DNA from: Lama glama
Taxonomy: Eukaryota
Direction: 5' to 3'
NCBI GenBank assembly: GCA_028534125.1
Contig: CM052818.1
Location: 3,722,001-3,786,000 of the forward strand
Length of the DNA stretch: 64,000 bases
Positions 1 to 13,410 of the stretch are shown piece by piece; within the stretch, counting starts at the first letter, position 1, and every line of letters starts with the position of its first letter. The position numbers and the translations under genes were made by a program. The notes below the pieces were generated by a model. That model saw only the letters and a program-made list of their open reading frames with translations. It was not told the DNA's origin and searched no databases.

Positions 1-3000
1 CCTTCCTGCATGTTTAAGGTAGGGGTGAGAGTGCAGCTCTGGTCTTACTCCTGGAAATTTTCGTTAGACCTTGTGTTGCAGGAGTTTTTGCACTTGCTGA
101 GATGAGCTTGAGATTGACTGCCTGTGGTCATAGGACGTCCATAAACTGTTGATTGCTGAATGAGATTTTCACAACACTCCTGTTTCGTCATGACCAGTTA
201 AATAAACAGTTCAGCAAACAAGCTTTGAGCTAAGCTTCTCAGTGTTAGGAATTAGTTTTTGATGTGAAATCTTTTCCTGAATCTGTGTTATTTAAACAAT
301 ATTAAGTGCCTTTTCCTTTGTGCCACGTTCTGCTGATAGAGAATAATTTCTCTGAATAAGTGCTGTTTTTGTGTACTTTTCTGAGTGGCAGCACACTCTT
401 TCTCAGGAGGAGAGGTTTGTTGAAGGCTGAATCATGAATTGAACATCTGTGTGCGGAGAACCATGCAGAACGTATCAGGGACTGTGGGAAAGTTACCTCT
501 GCTGTGGTCTCCTCCTTGAGGTTCTTTGAAGAGGAATGCATATATAATTAACTGTTTAAAGAAAGATAAACTATGATAAATGGCATTAGAAACACAGTTT
601 AATGTTGAAATGTTTCAAGTTTAATGTTGAATTTAGAGAAAGTAGAGGGTGAATCTGTTTGTGGGCAGGGGCTTTGGGGGCCAGAGATGGTTCCGTGAAG
701 TAGGCGAGTGTGGGTTTAAAGGCTTTGAACGATTTGAATAGGTGAAGATAAAGATGGGGGCATTGCAACTGGGTGGAACACATTTGCTAAGGGAAGATAG
801 TGGAAAACCATCAGAAATTTATTTGTGGAATAACACGCAGTCCAGTTTGTCTGCCACATCTAGTACTTCAAAAGGAGTAGAGAGCAGTAAGTCTAGGAAA
901 GAAGGTCGGAGGAACTACCAAGGAGAGCTTTGGATGCATTCTTTTGGGTATGAGGGGGACCTCCGTTTGTAGAAATTGCACAGCTATTAGGAGACTTAGG
1001 AGCCAGGGGTGATCATACCTTTACCAAGGTGACCTGGGTGCTGGTCTCCTGTATGCGTTGAAGGAGCAAGAGGCTGAGCTGCAGTTGCCAGTTAGGATGT
1101 TGTCCCGTCTGGGGTAAAGCAGTGGGAAGGGGAGGGAAACGGGGATCAGGGAAGAAACAGGAGCACTCTGCAGCAGGACCTGCATCTGCCTGGGCTGGGG
1201 AGAGGGGGTGTTGAAGACGGTTGAGCTGGAAGAACTGGGAGAGTAGCAGTAAATGGGACGGAAATAAGATTAGGAAAAAGGTTTGTTTTCTAAGGGAAGG
1301 GAATGAGATAAACTTTGAGAAGTCATGATTTTACAACTTTTATCTGTGGTATGTGTTCCTCATAAAAGTCCTGTAATATAAACAGGATAGCCGTTACCCT
1401 TTTTTCATTGTTAAGATAAGGAAATCAGACTCTGTCTGTATGAACGTCTTGCCAAAGGTCACGCTGCTAGTCCTTTTCAGAGCCAGACTAGCTCCCGTGT
1501 TCAGTGCTGTCCCGAGAGTGCTGCAGCCCGCCCCTGTCCTCCAGGCACTCCGGCTGCTGCCGTCAGTACCAGCCTAGCTTCTCAGAAGTAGGCTTCTCTC
1601 GAAAGCATCCGTTCAGACCATGGGTGACTCCTTCCAGAGCTGTCCCAGACGCCCCTCAGCCAGCACGCAGTTTGCTTGGACCAGTGTTAGGGAAACACTT
1701 GTGACTGTCTGATCTCAGCATCTTGCCTCCTGTCATTCTTGGTCATCATTTGAAACACAAGTCCCTCTGATCGTCCGACTGCTTTATACTTAGTCATCTC
1801 CAAACCGGTTTGCCTTCGCATGACTCCCCCCTCTCCCTTGTGGTTTCCTTTCTTCCCACATCTTTTCAACCCATGCTGAGGCCCGTGGGAAAACACTGTA
1901 GGCAGAGGTACATGAAAAGGAGCAGCCAGAGGGCCAGGCCAGTCTGGCTGCAGTGGCCTGGGTGAGAGGGGACGTGCCGGGAGATGCGGTCAGAGCGGAG
2001 CAGGAGACAGGGCGTGTGGCCACTCAAAGGCCATAGTGAGGAGTTTGGACTTCATTTCAGTTATTTGGGAAGCTGGTGAAGCTTTTCATGTTTTATTTTC
2101 CATTTTACTAATTTCTTAAAATAGAGAAATATCACAATACCCTCTCAGTATTGAAATTTAAAAGGAAAAGCATAAAAATTACTCAAAAATATAAAAGCAA
2201 GTCATAGAGCTTGGTTCCATATTATCACTGGTTCAGGTAGGAAAGAGTCGGGGAGGTGAAGAGTGGGGGCAGAGCAGACGGACGGACGGACGACGTGTCG
2301 GACGCAGGAAGATGCTGCCTCGGGTGTCCGTCAGCTGTGCGCTGAGCTGTCTGGTGGCTGCGCTGCCTGGGGCAGTATAATCACTTGGCAGGTGCTCAGA
2401 GTGTTAGTTGACTAATTGAATGACTGTTGGATGAAAGTTTCTCACAGGTAGGAAACTAGCCTTGTATAGCAGGGTCTGCGGACAAGGCACCGGAGAAGAA
2501 CGCATACGTGGCTGTAGAGACAGAAAAAGAAAGCGGACAGACCCTTTAGAGGGTTTTGAGGTCAGAGTTGTGTTTTTAAAGAATCCCTCTAGAAAGTTAT
2601 TCTGGCTGTGTGTGGAGAACAGGCTCCCGGAGGAGGAGAGCAGAGTCGGGAGAACGTGGCTGTCGTCCGGGGAGGGCTGCCGGCTCGGGTGGTGACGTTA
2701 GAGGTGCAGCCTGGTGGGGGGCTCACGGGACTTGCTCGCGCCCTGGTCGTGGAGCAGTCGCGGGTGACCGGACGTTGATGAATGCGGGTGGCGTTTGCTG
2801 AGACAGGAAAGACTGAGAGGAGAGTGGTTTGTATCGTGGTCGGAGTGCTGTTCTGGGCTCATAATGAAAATGGACATAACTAAAATGATTTTTTTTACCC
2901 AGGCAGACTTAACGGAGATATAATTAGATTTAATAAAACTGACCATTCTTAGTGCACAATTCAGTGAGTCTGGGCAAACTTCCGCAACATGGTCATAATC

Positions 3001-3450
3001 CTGAATAACCTGCAGTCCAGACCCAGCACAGGTCCTTCACGCTAGGGATCTCCTCATGCCCCTTTGTAGTCAGCCCTTTCCCCACATCCGCCAGCAGCAT
3101 CTGCTGGTCTACCGTCTGTGTCCCTATAGTTTTGCCTTTAAGATAACTTTTAATCTAAAGGGAATGTGAAAACTACCAAACAAGGTAGAGTGTGGTAAGT
3201 ACTGTAGTTGTGTGGGCATGCTGAGGGGAGTGGGGAGGAAGGTTAATTACAAGTTTGGGGTGGACAGTTATGTTGTGAGTTAATTTAATTTACTTTTCAA
3301 AACTAGAGAGAACTATGCTTCTTAAGAGGAATATGAATTCTTTAAAAAAGCAGTGTTGTTACCCAGATTGGCAGTGGACGTGCGTGAAAGTGATTGCCTA
3401 CTTCATGTGGTTCTTTCCTAAATAGTTACAGACACACACTTTTATTTCAG

Positions 3451-3548
3451 TGAATTTGGGCGGTTTGAAGGATCACATTAAGGAGATCCAGAGGTGTCGG
3501 CGTTTGATTCTTATTGCTTGTGGAACAAGTTACCATGCTGGTGTAGCA
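3451..3548 (+). CDS. GFPT1: GFPT1 internal coding exon (approx. exon 12), (V)[32 protein letters not shown]
   Basis: tttatttcag acceptor, gtaagt donor, 98 nt, phase 1->0; carries the SIS-domain CGTS motif; not in the ORF track. Confidence 0.96.
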
Positions 3549-4902
3549 GTAAGTGGCTTCTTAAAATTTTAATTGTGTTATGTTGGGTATTAGAAGATCT
3601 CTGCAGACCAGTGGTATCTCAGCAACACACCATGTAAAACTGTTTTGTTAAAACATCCCGTTTTCTTTTCATATAGTGATGACAAAAATCAAGACGATGT
3701 GGGGGAGAAATTTTAATAGCTACTTGGAATTATTTATCAATGGGTGATACGCTTTAGAAGGACCTTTAGATATGCAGGTAGAGCACTGCAGCTGACTTCA
3801 TGAAAGGCTAAGACTGGACAGTTGTCGTGCGATCCCGGCCTGGTGGTCCCGAGTGCACGGCTGCTTCTGATGGAGCGGTCACGGGGCTTTGTGGATCGTT
3901 GTTCACTTGCCCCAGACAAATGGCTGTGTGAACCTCAACAGGATTTTACTTGGTGGGCACATTTGTTCTTTAAATTGTTTTTTTGGAAGCTGAAATTCTG
4001 TATCAAAGACATACATTGATTGTCAGTATAGACGCATAGGAAGATGACAGTCTTTATTCCAGTAACTCAGAAGCACATCTGGTTTCCTTGCAAGAGACAG
4101 GTTGTGGGCTGTTGATGTCAACTTCTGTAAGTACAGAAGACCTGGACACACTCGGTTTTTACTTTAAGGATTGATTTCCAAAGTTCATGACAGTCATTTT
4201 TTTTTATTTGCTGGGGCATAAATATTAATTATCTACCGTTGTGGGAGCCATTCATTTGCCTGGTTGAGTGAAACCAGCTGGTCACCCAGCACTTGCTTCT
4301 CCATAGGCTTTGTTCCCCCTTTTCCTTCCCCTGCACCCACCTCGCCCCCAATCACATGACCCTAAAAAGGAAAGTTTGTGCAGTTTTGAAGGGAAGAGTT
4401 GTAAGAAAGTGATTGTTTTGAGCATGGGTAAAAAAGAATGAATTAAAGACATTAATGAAAATTAAGGGATTGGGTAATTCAGTGGTGGCTTAGATCTCTT
4501 ATTGGATGAGCCCTCTATTCAAAAATAAAAAAAATTTGATTAAATGTTTCATCTAATGCTAAGCCTGAACTGTAGGGCATAAATTATTATGCTGTGTTAG
4601 AATTCTCTAATTTGAGGAGACTTATGTAAGAGTTTTGTTTTGTTTTTTTGGTGGGTGCTAACTTAGAACAGTGCTTTTTCCCCTTCTCAAAAATTTTTTT
4701 ATGTGTGGGTGTATTTGCTTATAAGAATACACACATTGATTGTCTAAAGAGACTTGTGCTGAGATGTTAATGGTGCTTATCTGCTGGGTGGAGGGATTTT
4801 GGCTATTTTTTTATGCTTTAATCTGTATTGTTTTTATTTTCCAACAATGCATATGTATCATTTTTATAATCAGGAGAAGTAAAAACTACACATTGAGTCT
4901 GA

Positions 4903-5130
<228 letters not shown>

Positions 5131-5178
5131 TGACAATTATAGCATGCATTGGCAAAACCCATATTTAAAGATAAACTA

Positions 5179-5275
5179 GGGACGTGGGGGGTACAAAGGC
5201 AGAGTGCATGCTTGGCGTGCATGAAGTCCTGGGTTCGATCCCAGTACCTCCTTTAAGGGGGGAGAAAAAGAAGAA
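5179..5275 (+). mobile_element. tRNA-Ala-derived SINE (vic-1-like, camelid), degenerate
   Basis: gcagagtgcatgcttggcgtgcatgaagtcctgggttcgatcccagtacctcc with B-box; purine-rich tail. Confidence 0.75.
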
Positions 5276-5471
5276 CTGGTATTGCAGGTGACTTGAGAAA
5301 TACAGGTTTATTTTGATTTTATGGAATTCTGAATGAGTTAATAAAATTAACACATTTTATACCCAGAAGAGCTGAGTTTTCAAAGATAGGGAAAGGAGAG
5401 CCTAAGAAGTAGGATCCTGTAATTAAAAATTTTACAAATTTATTATTTTAAATGCATGTTTTAAAACAAAT

Positions 5472-5696
5472 GAGGGGAAAGTGGGGGAGGGATAAATTGG
5501 GAATTTGGGATTAACAGGTACACACAACTACATATAAAATAGATAAACAACAAGGCCCTGCTGTATAGCACAGGGAACTGTACTCAGTATCTGTAATAAC
5601 CTATCTGGAAGAATTGGAAAAGGTATATGTGTAACTGAATCACTTTGATGTACACCTGAAACACTGTAAATCAACTACACTTCAATTAAAAAAAAC
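5472..5696 (+). mobile_element. 5'-truncated L1 3' end (artiodactyl-type)
   Basis: gggataaattgggaatttgggattaac...tatagcacagggaac...tcaactacacttcaattaaaaaaa. Confidence 0.85.
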
Positions 5697-5744
5697 TGAA
5701 TGATATAGGTGAAAGTGTAGTCAATTTTCTGTTCCAGCATCTAA

Positions 5745-5966
<222 letters not shown>

Positions 5967-7250
5967 TGACTTAGTTCTCATGTGATTATTTAATCACTGT
6001 GTTGATGAAACAGACTAATCTGTATATTTCATTTGTTAGCACTAACAGTATTCATGTAGTTTACTAATCATTATGATTATCTTAAGACTTAAGGGTCAAT
6101 AACAGATGAAACACTTGATGTCCCCTTCCACACCCTCATCCTAAGAGTGTAAAAGAGACAAATGTACCTAATGTAAGTCCACTTAGGAACGATCTCTGCT
6201 GGCTCTCCCCATTCATCACTTACATTCCTCTTGCCACATGGGGTGGGACTCGTGGGAAGTATAACGTCCTCTTCTTTGATTAAGTACAGTTGGGAGTTAA
6301 AAAACAACAGAGTAGAAACATCCCATTTAATTGTAATGATTTTGTCAGTTTCATTTACGTAGTTACACTTTCCTAATAAATGTGCCAGAAGATGCACAGC
6401 TACCTTTGAAAGTCTGTAAGGAAGAGTGTGCTTTTGGTAACAAATTTGGTGACTTGAAAGAATCAAAGTGAGTATTATATGACAGTATCTGTTTCTCCTT
6501 AGACATTCATCTGTGGAGATTTAAAAGCACCTTAAAAAAACAAGACAAAAATAAAAACACCTTCTTTTTTTTTAAGGTCTAGTGAGACTGCTTTGCTCTT
6601 TGAATCTGGGGCACACATAAGGTAGTACTAGTAATAAAAATAGGAGGCTTAGAAAGCTGTGTAACTGCAAAAGATGTCTCTCTGCAAGTATATTACTCTT
6701 TATGATTTCAAAATTTCAGTTTCTTATGTATTTTTCTGCTGAAATCTAATATTTCTTGCTGATTATTTAATAAGCTGCTTAGATGTTGAAGGCTTTGAGT
6801 TTAATTAAAGATGTGTGGACGATGATGTTAACATACAAGACCGCATTTGGTTTTTTTTTTTTCCTTTTAAAGAACCTCGTGGAGAACTTCTTTGTGGAGA
6901 AGTTATAATTCCCATGTAAAAACTCTGAGTTAGGTTTTTGGTTTTTGGTTACTTTGATATTGCTAACACTATAATTTAGAGAAAGCTGAATCCTGAATTT
7001 TCTCCATGTGGTAATTAAAACACATAAGATACTTGTGCATGGGTTTCCATTCTGTGCCTGAATCAATAACCAGCCTCTCTCAGGAGCAGCGAGTGGATTC
7101 TTGGAACAGCGTCCAGACAGACAGTTTTGATCAGGGCTTAGAATCCCAGGTCCTTCATTCAAACACATTTGAAACAAGGGCTTCCCAGCGTGTCATGTGT
7201 GGGACATGGAATCACACCGCACTGAACGGACGCTGTTGATTTACCTGTTT

Positions 7251-7376
7251 TTTGGTGGGGGGAGGTAATTAGGTTAGTTTGTTTTTGTTTGTTTGTTTAA
7301 ATTGAGGTACTGGGAATTGAACCCAGGACCTCGTGTATGCTAAACATGCACTCTGCCACTGAGCTACACCCTCCCC
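7251..7376 (-). mobile_element. tRNA-Ala-derived SINE (vic-1-like) with TSD
   Basis: Reverse-complement A/B-box head; flanking direct repeat tgttga(t/c)ttacct at 7234 and 7378. Confidence 0.85.
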
Positions 7377-7479
7377 TTGTTGACTTACCTTTTCACTGAA
7401 TCTTTCCTGAACTGTGAGCTGCCAGGGGAAATACAGTTTTTTTGAATTCTAATTAGTTCATTCATGAAAACGTAAATTT

Positions 7480-8045
7480 TCCTCAGTGTTTTATTATAAT
7501 TTTCAAACATACAGCAGAGTTAAAAGAATTTTCCATTAACCACCATATACCCATCACCTAGATTCTGCCAGTAACCCTTTTTTTTGCAGCTTTACTGAGG
7601 TATAATTTTCATACCATAGCACTCACAATTTGAAGTGTAGTTTTAGTCAATTTGGCTGTGTGACTGTCACCACAGTCCAACTTTAGAAGACTGAATCTCC
7701 TGAAAAAGCTCCTCCGTGCCCCTTTGCAGTCAGTCCCCACTCCTGCCCCTCAGCCTCGGCTTCAGGCAACTGCTTTGCTTTCTCTTGCTGCATTATTTCA
7801 TTTTCTAGAAATTTCTTAAGGATACAGCTATATAATGCATGCTTTTGTATCTGGCTTCTATTTAACATGAGGTTCTTAAATTTATGTTGTTATTTATATA
7901 AGTAGTTCCTTTTTTTTTTGCATGCCCTTTAAAAAAAATCTTTTTGTTTTGAAATAACTGTAGATTTATGGGAAGTTGCAAAGATAGTAAAGAAGTCCAT
8001 ATACTCTTCACTCAGTTTCCCCCAGTGGTTACATCTTGTTTAAGA
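7480..8045 (-). mobile_element. Old L1M 3'-end fragments
   Basis: cagctttactgaggtataatt...; ttttgaaataactgtagattt...gaagttgcaaagatagta. Confidence 0.6.
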
Positions 8046-10635
8046 AAATAAGCATCTTTTTATTATATATACTTTAATTTCTTTAAAAAAATGACTCCCT
8101 GAAAATTTTTAGTATTATGGTAGTTTAGTCTTACTTTAATTTTTCTTCTATTCTAATTTTGTTTTCTTCAGCTGCCTTAGAAATTCTGGGCTTGGAGTTA
8201 TTTAAAAGTTTGGGATGTTTAGTTATAGACCATTTATGAATGGCAAATAGAAGTTTATATGTTGATGGGTGATGAAAGAAGTTCATCTTTGGCTCCGCGA
8301 TGGAGCTAACACAAGAACTCTGTGATCTTGATTACAAATTCCCAACTTTGCTAGGAAAACTGTCAGGGTTAGAGAGGTATTACTAACTTTCTCATAATAT
8401 CAGACCATCGGCAGTTTGATATTTCTGTGGGAATCAATGGGGATAAATGTGCAGATTCAGCAATTCTGTATGTTATTGCAGGTGTTTAGAATTTCACCAT
8501 AGTACTGACTTTTGTTGATTTTTAAGAATAAACCAATATAATTTTATTTTTGGCTGAATAAAAAGTAAAAACCAAGTTGAAAAGTTCAGAGTCAACATTT
8601 TCCTGGTAAATTCTTTCAAACCTCAGTAATTCTCAGTGTGAGATGTAGCTTATTTTTCTCATAATTGGTTTCCTGATATGTGTTGATGAAATGAAGAACA
8701 TGAAATTGTAAATTAAGCTTAATGCAATAGAAAAATGTGTGTATTAAAGTTACTCTGTTTAATATTTGTACTTAAAAACCCGCATTCAGGTGTTCTAGGT
8801 CCAAACAAAGAAACATATTCTGTAGAATAACATTTTTAGTTATGGGTTGGAGGAACGGGAATGTTCATTATCCTGAACAATTTGAATTGGGAACGGTTTA
8901 GGTAACCCAGGAGTCCAAGATACTGGGTCTTGGTAGTATATTCTGTGGTTAGTTAGTTGATTGAAAAGTGAACTTTAGTAGGAAGAAGTTGGACAGAATC
9001 TTTAGTCTTGCAACATAAGTTCCATCCAAGAACTGAGACTACAGGAAATGTCACAAACCAGTAGAGAGAGAGAGGGTGGGGCGAAATGGAGGGAAGATTG
9101 AAGATTGTGTATTTATAAAAATAAAAACAGAAGTTAACACCTTGCACTAAAATTAGTTTCAGGTGGACTAAAAATGTGAAAAAAAATCAAAAAGGGACAA
9201 TGAAAACAACAGAATTAAGAAACTTTAATAAATACTTCCTGATGTTAGGATGGAAGGACTAAGTTTAAAAGTACGTACTGTATAAAAGTTAAAAAAATAA
9301 ATAAAACTTCTGTGTCAGTGAGCACCATTATAAACGTTTAACCTAAACCAGAAAAATGTATTTGAGCAATAGAGACCTTCTTAAGACCGACATTAAAGAA
9401 AACAGACCCAAGTGGAAAAACAAGAATAATGAAATTAACTTTCAAAAGAGGAAAAGCATAAATGGCTAACAAACATGAAAAAATCTTAGGCTTTTGGATT
9501 CAAGATACATTTGGTGAAGTAGTAGTGAGAGTCCACTGTCCAGCAGTCTAATGGTAAAAATTTGTTAAAAGGATCATTCTCAGTATTGCAAAGAATGTGG
9601 TAAAGTAGGCATTCTCACATCTGTAAGAGGCTACCGGGAATGAAAATGGTCTTGGCAGTGCGACTGCAAGCCTTAAAATATTCGCACTACTATAGCCTGG
9701 GAAAATAAGTGTCTTTTAGTTCAGGCTTTCGTTAATAAAAAGTTTGTTTTGAGCCTGTATGTTAGGCATGATGCTAAATGCTTTATGTTTGTTTCATTTA
9801 ATTCTCATAATTATCTTCTAAGTGTTATGTGTCTTTAAGAGATGGGCTGCGTGAAGCCCAAAAGATGAACAAACTTCTCAAGGTTATTCCACACTCGTAG
9901 ACGAGGTAGAGAGCAGGCTGTCCTGGGAAAGTGCTTGTGATGTCAATTAAGAATAAAAGCAACCTATCAAACTACACCTACTAATAATTTTCTCAACAAT
10001 ATAAAGAAGAAAACAAAGTTAAGTTTTCACAGATGCTATTAATATAATTATTCCTATTAATTAACAAGACTGAGGATTATTCTTATTTCTATTTACTTTC
10101 CTACAGTTGAACTTTAAAAAATTTCTTAGCCAGACTTTAAAAAAAAAAAAAAAAAAGGTGGGGATGAGAACAGACAGTAGGCAGAAGTGAAAAATCAAAA
10201 AGAAAGTTTAAAGAAAACCCAACAAAACCAGTGCAAGTACCTCAAAGAGAGGCGTTCAAACCCTTGATTTTGACTTACATCCAAACCTTAACAGATTTAC
10301 TCTCTGCTCACCTTCCTTTAGCTTGTTGCTCTTTTTCCCATTCTTGAGGGTTTTAGGGATTTCATAAGCAGTCATTATAGGAAACTTAACATTTTGTATC
10401 TGGAAGTAAAGGTGAAATCGTTTGTTCAGACTCAGAAAAAGAGATCCTAAAGCGTGGATTTCCTAAAGCGTGGTTCAGTTGGCTGTTGCTAATGCTGTTT
10501 TTTTTTTTTCTTTAAATAGAGACTTTAAAAACCAATAGGAATTTCTTGTTTATTTTCATCTTTTTTTAAATTAAAAGCTCCAAGTTCTTCAAATGTAACT
10601 GCAGCTAATTGGTCTGTCCTTTTGTGGTGTTTCAG

Positions 10636-10750
10636 GCATATACCAGCCAGTTTGTGTCCCTCGTGATGTTTGCCCTCATGATGTGTGACGACAGGATCTC
10701 CATGCAGGAGAGACGCAAAGAGATCATGCTTGGCCTGAAGCGGCTGCCTG
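10636..10750 (+). CDS. GFPT1: GFPT1 coding exon (approx. 15), [38 protein letters not shown]
   Basis: gtttcag acceptor, gtacga donor, 115 nt, phase 0->1; residues are GFPT1-type rather than GFPT2-type. Confidence 0.97.
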
Positions 10751-11026
10751 GTACGAGGACGCTCACGTTCTGTCCTTTCCTTGTCCGAGGAAGTGGGAGA
10801 CGGGTGAAATTCTCCTCTCACCCTCGCGGCTGTGGCCTGTACCTATTTAGTCAGTAAGATCTTTCCATGTTCCTCCTGTGCATCTGAAAACCCCTCACTG
10901 ATAGCACAGAAGACTAGAAACGTTGGTCTTGTATCAGTGGCTACCAATATATTGCCGTTGTTATCATTATTATATCCGTCCAGTTTATTGTCCTTTTTTC
11001 ATAGATTGTGCTATTATCCTTAACAG

Positions 11027-11154
11027 ATTTGATTAAGGAAGTCTTGAGCATGGATGATGAAATTCAGAAACTGGCAACAGAGCTGTATCATCAGAAGTCG
11101 GTCTTGATAATGGGACGTGGCTATCATTACGCTACTTGTCTTGAAGGGGCCCTA
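11027..11154 (+). CDS. GFPT1: GFPT1 coding exon (approx. 16), (D)[42 protein letters not shown]
   Basis: ccttaacag acceptor, gtaagt donor, 128 nt, phase 1->0. Confidence 0.97.
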
Positions 11155-11682
11155 GTAAGTCTCAGAATTTCAGTCTGTTACCTGGGACACAGTTGGGTGG
11201 AGCTTCTGAAAGTGCCTTTGTGTTTATGCGTTCTGATTTCTTTACCTTGAGAAAGTGTAACAGAATACATACTCTAAATATAAAAATCAAGAAGGGTGCA
11301 TTTTAGCATGATAACTTGGGTTGAGCAAGTAACTTGGGTTAATTTTCTTTTTCCAAATACGAATAAAATAAATTTTAAATTCTTCAGGTGTGAGATTTAA
11401 TTGGGGTCAAACATGAAGCAAGTAGGAAAAAGTGAAAGATACGAGTACATTTGTGATAATCTAAAATCTTCAAAAAGTCCTTGTGAAGTTCTAAAACTTC
11501 CAGTTACTTGTTAATGTTATAAAAATAATGATCTGTTAACCTGTTAGCTATGTTTGCGCATCGGTGGTCCTTTAATGCTTTTGGATAAGTAGACAGGGAC
11601 TTCAGATAGCAGATGTTTTGTGTAATATTTACTTAAGAATGGGAAAAACAGACTGAAGGCTAATCTAGTTCTTTCCTGTTAG

Positions 11683-11868
<186 letters not shown>

Positions 11869-12452
11869 TGAGGACACCTTGGGGGTCTAAGAGCTGGGTC
11901 ACTAAAGCTTATTTGAATTTTGTGACATTTAAAGTGGTAGACCAGTGCCCAGCAGATGGCTTTCAAAACTTGCTTAGGTTTACATGGAATAATCTGAGGA
12001 GATACTCAAGAGTTTTGATAGGACCCAGCTCATAGATCTCGTAAGACACAGAACCAGGACCCAAACTGAGGTCTTGGTCTCCAAATCCTGTCTTCTTTCA
12101 CTGGGCTATGCTGCTCTTTTAATTTAATATTCTTAAATGTGTATTTCAGGAGGAACTAGATTTTACACTAATATTATGAGTACTGTGCTTAACTGAGTTT
12201 TCTTCAGATCACTTGGCTTTGTATATAAATCCCCAAAGATACTAATCTCTAGTCGCAACGTAGTGGTTACAGACTTGGGCTTCGAAGGCAGGTAGTTTTA
12301 GATTCCTGTACCGAGCCTGGTATTTCTTAGTTGTGTGAGTTTAAACAAAGCACTGAGTCCCTCAGAGCTCCTCTTTGCTCGACTGTGAGTGAGACTTAAC
12401 CATGTGGGATTGTGAGTTTAAATGAGCCTGTGTCAGTGAGGCCAGATGCTAA

Positions 12453-12746
<294 letters not shown>

Positions 12747-13365
12747 TAGTTTCCTTCTAAATTCTTAGCAGTAGAACTTGAGAAATCCATGGTAGGTGTC
12801 TGTCATCTGTGATATTTGCACGGCCCAGTCTGTAGGTTACACCCTACCATTTTCATACCCATAGAACTTGAAGGGATCTTGAATGTCACCTCCATGATTG
12901 GAGGTCACCTCATTGGGGAATCTCCACCTGTTTTCTCTCTGTGTTTCTTGGTGGGGTAGCTATTGGACGTTCTTCGTTTGGGACTGTCACACATTGTAGG
13001 ATTCTCAGCATTCATGGTCCCCCATTCATTGTGACAACAACCAACGTGATAATCAGAACATCCTGCTCTTATCCATTTCTGGTGTCCCCTGAGAGGGCTG
13101 CCACCTCATAGAGGACCACAGGAGTTCTTTGTGTGCTCAAATGGCTCCTTTGGAATTCTTTTTCCTAACTGATCTCACATCTTTTATAGACACATTATAT
13201 GACCATATTTTCTAATCTAATTCTTTGTAGTCTGTAATAAAGGTGATTAATGAACACGTTGTTTTCTGTTTTTATAACAAAAATAATTTGGTTATGCCAA
13301 CCCCATCCCCACCCCCAATCTGTATAATCTTTAAAATCTTGCTCTTTTTTTTTTTTTTTTTCCAG

Positions 13366-13410
13366 GTTGATTTCCCCCGGAACCTTGCCAAATCTGTAAC
13401 TGTAGAATAA
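13366..13410 (+). CDS. GFPT1: GFPT1 last coding segment, VDFPRNLAKSVTVE-stop
   Basis: poly-T + ccag acceptor; conserved GFAT/GlmS C-terminus AKSVTVE; TAA at 13408-13410. Confidence 0.98.
   Translation, partial: VDFPRNLAKSVTVE

Noticed and set aside
11001..11026. Alternative acceptor ttttttcatag 22 nt upstream of the 11027 exon
   Set aside because: Would frameshift; no evidence of use from sequence alone
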